Shown here: in pieces, positions 1 to 7,787 of the stretch | How the letters are laid out: every line of letters begins with the position of its first letter | Position numbering within the stretch: position 1 is the stretch's first letter | NCBI GenBank assembly: GCA_011525365.1 | Contig: WTGQ01000002.1 | Span: 3,092,140-3,156,139 of the forward strand | Source of the DNA: Acidobacteriota bacterium | GTDB lineage: Bacteria > Acidobacteriota > Thermoanaerobaculia > Multivoradales > Multivoraceae | DNA length: 64,000 bases | Direction of reading: 5' to 3' | Notes under the pieces: model-generated | What the model was told of the DNA's origin: nothing | What the model saw: only the letters and a program-made list of their open reading frames with translations | Database searches by the model: none | Position numbers and translations under genes: made by a program

Positions 1-1059
1 AAGACCGCGCCCTCGCTCTACGACATGCGCAACCTCTTCCAGGTCAACGTCGAGGAGGGGCGGCATCTCTGGGCGATGGTCTACCTGCTGCAGAAGTACT
101 TCGGCCGCGACGGCCGGGAGGAGGCCGGCGAGCTGCTCCGCCGCCGCTCCGGCTCCGACGACGCCCCGCGCATGCTTGGCGCCTTCAACGAGGAGACGCC
201 GGACTGGCTCTCCTTCTTCCTGTTCACCTTCTTCACCGACCGCGACGGCAAGATGCAGCTCGAGTCCCTGGCGCAGTCCGGCTTCGACCCGCTGTCCCGT
301 ACCTGCCGTTTCATGCTGACGGAGGAGGCCTTCCACATGTTCGTCGGCGAGAGCGGGGTGACCCGGATCGTCCAGCGGACCTGCGAGGCGATGGCGGCGG
401 CCGGCATGGACGACCCCTCCGACGTCGACGCCGTGCGCGCGCTAGGCGTCATCGACCTGCCGACGATCCAGAAGAAGGTCAACCTCCACTACTCGCTCAC
501 CCTCGACCTGTTCGGTTCCGAGCTGTCGACGAACTCGGCCAACTTCTTCAACGCCGGGCTGAAGGGGCGCTTCCGCGAGCACCGGCTGGAGGACGACCAC
601 CGCCTGCTGGACGACACCTACGGGATCCTGGAGCCGGCGAACGGCGCCACCTCGAACGGCGGTTGGCACGTCGTCGAGCACCCGGCGCTCAACGCCCTGA
701 ACGCCCGCCTGCGCGACGACTTCACGGACGACTGCAACCTGGGCGTCGGCCGCTGGAACAAGACGATCCGGCAGACCGGAGTGGACTTCGAGATCACCCT
801 GCCCCACGTAGCCTTCCACCGGCAGATCGGCGTCTACCGCGACCTGCACGCCACGCCGGCAGGCGAGATCGTCTCAGAGGACGAATGGACCCGGCACCAG
901 CACGAATGGCTGCCCGACGACAGCGACCGCGCCTTCATCGAGTCGCTGATGAAGCCGGAGTTCCGGCCCGGCCACTACGCCTCCTGGATCGCCGAACCGA
1001 GGATCCGGATCAACCACAAGCCGGGCGACTTCGAGTGGGTCAAGCTGGCCGAGGCATAG
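1..1059 (+). CDS. boxB: Benzoyl-CoA 2,3-epoxidase (oxygenase) subunit B, 5'-truncated by the window edge
   Basis: Frame open from the window start (KTAPSLYDMRNLFQVNVEEGRHLWAMVYLL...). Di-iron ligand motifs EEGRH and EEAFH; PRMLGAFNE, FTDRDGK and LSRTCRFMLTEE are BoxB-like segments. Confidence 0.9.
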   Translation, partial: KTAPSLYDMRNLFQVNVEEGRHLWAMVYLLQKYFGRDGREEAGELLRRRSGSDDAPRMLGAFNEETPDWLSFFLFTFFTDRDGKMQLESLAQSGFDPLSRTCRFMLTEEAFHMFVGESGVTRIVQRTCEAMAAAGMDDPSDVDAVRALGVIDLPTIQKKVNLHYSLTLDLFGSELSTNSANFFNAGLKGRFREHRLEDDHRLLDDTYGILEPANGATSNGGWHVVEHPALNALNARLRDDFTDDCNLGVGRWNKTIRQTGVDFEITLPHVAFHRQIGVYRDLHATPAGEIVSEDEWTRHQHEWLPDDSDRAFIESLMKPEFRPGHYASWIAEPRIRINHKPGDFEWVKLAEA

Positions 1060-1081
1060 GGCCCCGAGACGCCGCAAGCAC

Positions 1082-2167
1082 GTGACCGGCTCTCTCCCGG
1101 GCTTCTTCGCGCCCTGGCTCGCCTCGGCCCTGGTGCTCGCGCTGAGCGCGCTGCTGCCCGCCCGGCGCGTTACGGGCTACGTCCGTGACGAACGGATCGG
1201 GCAGCTTCTCCACTACCGCCTGAACGGACCGCTCGTCTTCGTCGTGACGATCGGCCTGTGGCTCGTTGCCGGCTACAGCGGCGTCATGCCCTGGGACTGG
1301 CTGTGGACCCATCGCTGGAGCGGCGCCGCCGGGGCCCTGGCGCTCGGCATCGTCGCCTCGGCCGCGGTCGTGCGGACGGCGCCGAGCCGCGGCGAGTCAC
1401 TCCTGAAGGAGTTCTATCTCGGCAGGCGCGCCAACCCGCGCATGTTCGGCGGCCGCGTGGACGCCAAGATGCTCCTCTACGTGTTCGGCGCCACCTACCT
1501 CGAACTGAACCTGCTCTCGTTCGCGGCCCATCACTTCCTGACCTTCCCCGAAGATCCGTCGCCCGGCGTGGTCCTCTACGTCGCGCTCTTCACCTGGTTC
1601 GTCTGCGAGTACCTCCTGTTCGAGCGGGTCCACCTCTACACCTACGACCTGTTCGCCGAGCGGGTCGGCTTCAAGCTCGTCTGGGGTTGCCTCTTCTTCT
1701 ACCCCTACTTCTACGGAGTGGGGCTGTGGGCCGCCGCCGACCTGCCGAACCCGCATGCTCCCGTCTGGCTGCTCGTTCTGGCCGCGCTCGTCTTCTTCGC
1801 CGGCTGGTCATTGGCGCGCGGCGCCAACATGCAGAAGTTCCACTTCAAGCTGGACCCGGAACGGACGTTCCTGGGCCGGTTCCGCCCGGAAGCCATCTCC
1901 GATGGCGAGCGCCGCGTGCTGTGCAGCGGCTTCTGGGGCGTGTCGCGCCACGTCAACTATCTCGGCGAGATCCTGATGGCGACCGGCCTGGCGCTCAGCC
2001 TCGGTCAGCCGGCGCTCGTGGCTCCCTGGCTCTACCCGCTCTACTACGTCCTGCTGCTGGTGCCGCGCGAGCGGGACGACGACCGCCGCTGCGCGGCGAA
2101 GTACGGCCCGCTGTGGGACGAGTACCGGCGGCGGGTGCCGTGGCGCATCGTGCCGCGGGTCTACTGA
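1082..2167 (+). CDS. ERG4/ERG24-family sterol reductase (Delta14-sterol reductase/DHCR7/LBR-like integral membrane protein)
   Basis: Multiple TM helices; D-x4-ERVGFKLVWG, LCSGFWGVSRHVNYLGE and C-terminal RERDDDRRCAAKYGPLWDEYRRRVPWRIVPRVY match the ERG4/ERG24 signature. Confidence 0.85.
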   Translation: MTGSLPGFFAPWLASALVLALSALLPARRVTGYVRDERIGQLLHYRLNGPLVFVVTIGLWLVAGYSGVMPWDWLWTHRWSGAAGALALGIVASAAVVRTAPSRGESLLKEFYLGRRANPRMFGGRVDAKMLLYVFGATYLELNLLSFAAHHFLTFPEDPSPGVVLYVALFTWFVCEYLLFERVHLYTYDLFAERVGFKLVWGCLFFYPYFYGVGLWAAADLPNPHAPVWLLVLAALVFFAGWSLARGANMQKFHFKLDPERTFLGRFRPEAISDGERRVLCSGFWGVSRHVNYLGEILMATGLALSLGQPALVAPWLYPLYYVLLLVPRERDDDRRCAAKYGPLWDEYRRRVPWRIVPRVY

Positions 2168-2184
2168 GGATCTCGCCGCCGGCG

Positions 2185-2769
2185 CTACGGGTACAACAGC
2201 CCCATCGTCCACGAGTCGCCGTCCCGCTCGTAGAACGTCCGGTCGTGAAGCCGGTGCTCCTGCGCCACCCAGAACTCGAAGCGCCGCGGCACGACCCGAA
2301 GCCCCGTCCAGTGCGGAGGGCGCGGCACGTCGCCGCCCGCAAACCGCTCGGTCACGTCCTCGAAGTCGGCGAGGAGCTGCTCGCGGCTTGCGAGCCGTCG
2401 GCTCTGCTGCGAAGCCCAGGCGCCGAGCTGACTGTTCCGGTCACGTGTCGCGAAGTAGGCGTCAGCCTCGGCATCGCTGACGAGTTCGGCGCGGCCGAAG
2501 ATGCACACCTGCTCCTTCGGTTCCCGCCAGAAGAAGTTCAGGCTGACGTCCGCACGCACCAGGATCTCCTTGCCCTTGCGGCTCTCGAGGTTCGTGTAGA
2601 AGACGAAGCCCTCGCGGTCGAAGTGCTTGAGCAGCACGACCCGGGACGACGGGCGTCCCTGCTCGTCGGCGCTGGAGAGGACCATCGCGTTCGGCTCGGT
2701 GAGACCGGTAGCCGAGGCGCGCTCGAACAGGACGCGAAAACGGTCGAAGGGATCGGTGGCGTGCGCCAT
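2185..2769 (-). CDS. pdxH: Pyridoxamine/pyridoxine 5'-phosphate oxidase
   Basis: EPNAMVLSS, PSSRVVLLK, FYTNLESRKG, SQLGAWASQQS, PRPPHWTG, EFW...RLHDR, C-terminal LYP. Confidence 0.93.
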   Translation of the reverse strand: MAHATDPFDRFRVLFERASATGLTEPNAMVLSSADEQGRPSSRVVLLKHFDREGFVFYTNLESRKGKEILVRADVSLNFFWREPKEQVCIFGRAELVSDAEADAYFATRDRNSQLGAWASQQSRRLASREQLLADFEDVTERFAGGDVPRPPHWTGLRVVPRRFEFWVAQEHRLHDRTFYERDGDSWTMGLLYP

Positions 2770-2776
2770 GGGCGAC

Positions 2777-3811
2777 TCAGATCCGAGGCAGGACCTCGTC
2801 CGTGAACAGCACGAAGGAGCCGTGACTGAGCGGCGCGCACAGCAGGTAGTCGAGGAACATCTCCTCCTTCAGACGCGCGATCTCGTCGACCAGCTCGTCC
2901 GGCGTGCCGTACAGGATGACACCATCGAGATACCGTGCGACCGCGGACTCCTCCTCGACGGCCTGAATGGAGGTGGGAGCGACCAGCTCGGGACGTTCGA
3001 GGTTGCGCCGCGTATCGGTCTTGACCGCCCGGGTGCCCTTCCGCCTGTGGGACCTGACCGTCCACAGGGCGCCGCGCCTGGCGATCTCCTCCGCTTCCGC
3101 CCGGGTCGGCGCGCAGGCGATGAGGCGCGCCATCGGGATCTCCCGGCCCTCGATCGAATGGCCATGCTGCTCCAGGATCTCCCGGTACAGCTCTCGCTTC
3201 TCGGCGATCCGGCTGTGAGCCGAGTGCGGGTCGAGCATGATCGAGAAGCCGTTCTGAGCCGCCCAGGTCATCGACTCAGGCGACGACGAAGCGAGCCACA
3301 CCGGCGGATGCGGCTTCTGTGCCGGCTTGGGCAGCACCTCCACTTCGCGGCATTGGAAGTGCTCTCCCTCGAAGGTGAGCTGCTCGTTCGTCCAGGCACC
3401 GACCACCGCCTGCACGTGTTCCCGGAAGACCGGGTAGCTGTAACGCGGGTCCACACCGAAAGCCCTGAACTCCCCCTCCGCGAAGCCGCGGCCGACCCCC
3501 CAGTTGACCCGGCCGCCGGAGAGCACGTCGAGCAGGGCCACCTCCTCCGCCAGGCGCAGCGGGTTGTAGAAGGGCGCCAGGGACACGCCCGTGCCGATCC
3601 TCAGATTCTTCGTGCGGGCGGAGACCTCGATTCCCATCATGTGGATCGATGGACAGATGCTGAAGGAACTGAAGTGGTGCTCCGCCAGCCACACGGCGTC
3701 GTACCCGTTCTGATCCATGATGTCGATGCGCTGGAACGCCCGCCGGTAGACCTCTTCGAGCGGGATCCGGCGGTCAGGCCACGAGAAGAACTGGAGCACC
3801 GCGGTCTTCAT
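2777..3811 (-). CDS. LLM-class (luciferase-like) flavin-dependent oxidoreductase
   Basis: GYDAVWLAEHHF, RIGTGVSLAPFYNPLRLAEEVALLDVLSGGRVNWGVGRG, PKPAQKPHPPVW, C-terminal LFTDEVLP. Confidence 0.9.
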   Translation of the reverse strand: MKTAVLQFFSWPDRRIPLEEVYRRAFQRIDIMDQNGYDAVWLAEHHFSSFSICPSIHMMGIEVSARTKNLRIGTGVSLAPFYNPLRLAEEVALLDVLSGGRVNWGVGRGFAEGEFRAFGVDPRYSYPVFREHVQAVVGAWTNEQLTFEGEHFQCREVEVLPKPAQKPHPPVWLASSSPESMTWAAQNGFSIMLDPHSAHSRIAEKRELYREILEQHGHSIEGREIPMARLIACAPTRAEAEEIARRGALWTVRSHRRKGTRAVKTDTRRNLERPELVAPTSIQAVEEESAVARYLDGVILYGTPDELVDEIARLKEEMFLDYLLCAPLSHGSFVLFTDEVLPRI

Positions 3812-3826
3812 CGGCGCGCTACTTTC

Positions 3827-4141
3827 TCACACGTCGCGGCGGTCCCTGAACACGTAGGACAGGCCCTCTTCGGCGAAGGCGCGGCAGGCCCTGTCCTTGA
3901 ACTCGACCGCCTTGTCCCACTCCTCGATGTCGTAGTAGTCGCGCTCGCCGACCACCCGGATCTCGCGCACCGTGCGCTCGTCGAGGCCCAGCCGATCGGC
4001 AATCTCGCGGTCAGAGAGACCTCGGCGCCGCTTCTCTCGCGGCAGGTGCTCGTGGATGTCGACCTGGATCGAGTTCGACAGCTCCAGGATCTCCTCCCGG
4101 TGGCGGCGGTAGGTCTCGGGATCGACAAAGTAGAAAGCCAT
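3827..4141 (-). CDS. Small (104 aa) protein with a helix-turn-helix motif
   Basis: GLSDREIADRLGLDERTVREIR is HTH-like; GAGGT SD-like sequence a few nt upstream of the ATG at 4141; tightly packed in the operon. Confidence 0.75.
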   Translation of the reverse strand: MAFYFVDPETYRRHREEILELSNSIQVDIHEHLPREKRRRGLSDREIADRLGLDERTVREIRVVGERDYYDIEEWDKAVEFKDRACRAFAEEGLSYVFRDRRDV

Positions 4142-4156
4142 CGTCACACCTCGCGT

Positions 4157-5041
4157 CTACGCCTTGTCCCTGAACTCCGCACCCACCGGACAGACCCGCA
4201 TGCACTCCCAGCACTGGCCCTGGCTCTGCGCCGCGTAGGTCATCGACCACAGGGTCTTGGTGAAGTGGCTCGAGTAGAGGACCATCTTGCGCGCCTCCGG
4301 GTCGTCCTGGTCGAGCGCCAGTTCGAGCCCCTTCTGGAAGCCGGGAATCCAGTGCGTGTAGACGCGGGACGTGCAGCGCGCCGCGTCGTAGCGACGTTCC
4401 ACCAGCCGGCCGTTCTCGATCCGCCCGTCCAGGCAGCCGCCGTCGCCGAGCGGGCAGACCCGGGTGCAGGGTGTGGCGCCCTCGGCCTCCCACATCTCGA
4501 CGCAGGCCGGCGCCGGACACGCCGGCTCGGCCAGCGGCGGCGTGACCGGGAACGGGTACGTCGTGACGATCGCCGAGTAGAACAGCAGGCCATACTCGGG
4601 GTGCAGCACCGGCCCGGCCAGACTACGCGAGCCGCAGCCCGCGAGCTCCGCGGCCAGCGCGACGCTCAGGAAGGGCCGGTTGCCGCGACGGACGCCCGGC
4701 GGCACGAACAGGGCGTAGTAGCCGAACTCGGCCTCGATGAACTTCGCCGTCTTCAGGCCCAGGGAGTTGATCCGGTCGCTGGTGCCCATCGTCTCCAGGT
4801 GCTCGTGGACGGGGCTCGCCCAGTCCGCGGCCCGCGGCGGACTGCCGCCGATGACCACGACGCGGCGCGCGCCCGGCAGCAGATCGGCGGGGCGGAAACC
4901 CTCCGGCGCCTCGTCGAAGGCATCGGCGTCGGCGACGCCCCAGGCCAGCGCGCCGCCGCGCTCCATCATCGCGGCCAGCCGGCCGCGGGCAGCCGCGGCC
5001 TGGTCGGCGGTCGGAGCGGCTCGCGGCGCGGACACGGTCAC
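4157..5041 (-). CDS. QueG/reductive dehalogenase-like cobalamin + 2x[4Fe-4S] protein, paralogue B (294 aa)
   Basis: GTG start overlaps the upstream TGA (GTGA). GVADAD...RPADLLPGARRVVVIG; LSVALAAELAGCG...VLHPEYG...SAIVTT; CPAPAC-x11-CTRVCP...GGC...C...CWECMRVCP. The ORF-track start at 5635 is a spurious extension. Confidence 0.8.
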   Translation of the reverse strand: MTVSAPRAAPTADQAAAARGRLAAMMERGGALAWGVADADAFDEAPEGFRPADLLPGARRVVVIGGSPPRAADWASPVHEHLETMGTSDRINSLGLKTAKFIEAEFGYYALFVPPGVRRGNRPFLSVALAAELAGCGSRSLAGPVLHPEYGLLFYSAIVTTYPFPVTPPLAEPACPAPACVEMWEAEGATPCTRVCPLGDGGCLDGRIENGRLVERRYDAARCTSRVYTHWIPGFQKGLELALDQDDPEARKMVLYSSHFTKTLWSMTYAAQSQGQCWECMRVCPVGAEFRDKA

Positions 5042-5901
5042 TGGAGGCGCCTTTCGTGCATGCCGACCGGACACACCCGCATGCACTCGAAACACTGCGC
5101 CACGCTCTCCTTGTAGTAGCTGAGCGACGACAGCGACTGGGTGAACAAGTCGGAGTAGATCATCGACTGCCGGCGCCCCCGATCCGGCTCCGTCGTGATC
5201 TGGACAAGGGACTTCTGGATCGATCCGATGCCGAAGTTCATCGACCGGGAAGTGCAGCGCTCGCGGTCGTAGTACGAGTAGCTGATCCTGCCGTTCTCGT
5301 CGAGCGCGCCGTCGAGGCAGCCGCCCTCGTCCTTCGGGCAGGAGGCGAGGCAGGGCGTCGTGCCCAGCTTCTCGTACATCTGGATGCAGGGCTCGGACGG
5401 GCAGACGTCCTCCTCCAGCGGGTGGTCCGGTTCGAGGTCGAGCGTGGTGACCAGTGCCGCGTAGTACAGCAGGCCGTAGCGGGGGTGCAGGATGATGTTC
5501 GCGGCCAGCGAGCGGGTGCCCAGACCCGCGAGCACCGCGGCCAGCATCATGCTCATCGGCGGGTTGTGCCCGGCCGTGGGGAGAGACGGCGCCTGGAGGG
5601 CGCGGTGGCCGTGTTCGCGCTCGATGTAGTCGCACATCACGTGGACCGCCACGTTCTCGCGGAAGTCGTAGCCGGTGATCTCCATCACCCGGTGATCGGG
5701 GCTGCGCCAGGCGCCCGCCGTCGGCCCCTGGTTGCCCGCGACGACCACGCTCTTCGCACCCGGAAGGATGTCCTCCGGACGGTGACCTTCCGGAACGAAC
5801 TCGTTGAAGGCGCTGGCGGCGGCGACGCCCACCACAAGGGCCCCGGCACCGGCGCCGACGTCGCGTACTGCCGCCGTTCGCTGCTGTCGGGCGTCCGCCA
5901 T
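5038..5901 (-). CDS. QueG/reductive dehalogenase-like cobalamin + 2x[4Fe-4S] protein, paralogue A (287 aa)
   Basis: ATG at 5901 with GGAG 8 nt upstream. VGVAAA...RPEDILPGAKSVVVAG; SMMLAAVLAGLG...ILHPRYG...AALVTT; CPSEPC-x11-CLASCP...GGC...C...CFECMRVCP. Confidence 0.8.
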   Translation of the reverse strand: MADARQQRTAAVRDVGAGAGALVVGVAAASAFNEFVPEGHRPEDILPGAKSVVVAGNQGPTAGAWRSPDHRVMEITGYDFRENVAVHVMCDYIEREHGHRALQAPSLPTAGHNPPMSMMLAAVLAGLGTRSLAANIILHPRYGLLYYAALVTTLDLEPDHPLEEDVCPSEPCIQMYEKLGTTPCLASCPKDEGGCLDGALDENGRISYSYYDRERCTSRSMNFGIGSIQKSLVQITTEPDRGRRQSMIYSDLFTQSLSSLSYYKESVAQCFECMRVCPVGMHERRLQ

Positions 5902-5928
5902 CAGGATCGCTCCGGTAAGGTGCTCCTC

Positions 5929-6648
5929 GTGAACTCCGGGGACGATAGCACCGGCGCCGACGCGGGCGTCGAGGTCGTCAATCCGTGGGAGGAGCGGAAG
6001 GACCGCGGCAGAGTGGCGGCTCTGGTTTCCACTGTAGCTCTCCTGGCTACCTCTCCTCGCGAGTTCTTTGGGGAAACCAGAGTCGAGGCGGGCTGGTGGG
6101 GACCGCTTCTCTTCGCCGGTCTGGCCATCTCGCTGGGCGTCCTTCTGGAAGGACTGGTCGTCATCGTCCTCGCGCTGACATTGCCCGATGCGACATTCGA
6201 ACTGATCAACAGGATGCAGTTGTTCGGCGAGCCGGCCGGAGTCTCCGGCGTAGAAGGGCTCCCCTTCCTCGAGCAGATTCTCCCGTTCATCGGTCTGCAA
6301 CTCCTCCTGCTGTCCCTTCCGTTCGTCTTCGTCTTCAGCCCACTCATACCGTTCATCTGCGCCGGATTCCTGCACCTGCTTCTGATCGTCACCCGCTCGC
6401 CAAGGCCACAGGGGTTTCGCGGCACATGGGTCGCCGCCTGCTACGCGGCAGGCGCCTTTCTGCTCAGTGTCATCCCCGTTGCCGGTGATGTTCTCGTCGT
6501 GGTGGGAAGCGCAGGGTTGTTCGCGGTCGGTCTTCACGCAATCCAGGGGATCAAGGCATCGAAAGCGGCCTTGCTCGCGGCGATTCTCCCCCTGTTGCTC
6601 TTCCTGGGCGCGATCCTCGAGATCCTGTTGGCCGCCACCCGCGCCTGA
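5929..6648 (+). CDS. YIP1-like multi-pass membrane protein
   Basis: NPWEER...SPREFF N-terminus followed by about 5 hydrophobic helices; FLHLLL...F..TW...CYAAG...IPVAG pattern; TAAGGT -10-like hexamer 7 nt before the GTG. Confidence 0.6.
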   Translation: MNSGDDSTGADAGVEVVNPWEERKDRGRVAALVSTVALLATSPREFFGETRVEAGWWGPLLFAGLAISLGVLLEGLVVIVLALTLPDATFELINRMQLFGEPAGVSGVEGLPFLEQILPFIGLQLLLLSLPFVFVFSPLIPFICAGFLHLLLIVTRSPRPQGFRGTWVAACYAAGAFLLSVIPVAGDVLVVVGSAGLFAVGLHAIQGIKASKAALLAAILPLLLFLGAILEILLAATRA

Positions 6649-6749
6649 CCCAAATGACGCGCTCTCCGCAGTTCCCCGGCGCGGGCTTGTAGAGTCGGGC
6701 GCCGCACCGGGCCCGGAAAAGGGCGCCGAACGAAGATCCGCCTGACGCC

Positions 6750-7786
<1,037 letters not shown>

Positions 7787-7787
<1 letters not shown>

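Noticed and set aside
2627-5116. 829-aa plus-strand ORF and other long antisense ORFs (e.g. 27807-30356, 31680-34445, 34590-37655, 38097-40871, 57091-59052, 61472-63493)
   Set aside because: Shadow ORFs opposite well-supported genes, expected at high GC; no motifs, and composition typical of antisense frames.
4157-5901. Calling the pair queG or respiratory rdhA
   Set aside because: No QueG DYH-containing motif, altered Cys spacing, no Tat leader and no rdhB. Only superfamily-level similarity is supportable.
1-5901. Functional link between the BoxB epoxide product and the epoxide-reductase-like (QueG-like) pair
   Set aside because: Attractive chemically, but the units are convergent, separated by other genes, and nothing in the sequence ties them together.
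6649-6749. pheS leader as a T-box or PheM-type attenuator
   Set aside because: Only about 100 bp, with no Phe-rich leader peptide and no T-box consensus; just a GC-rich possible hairpin.
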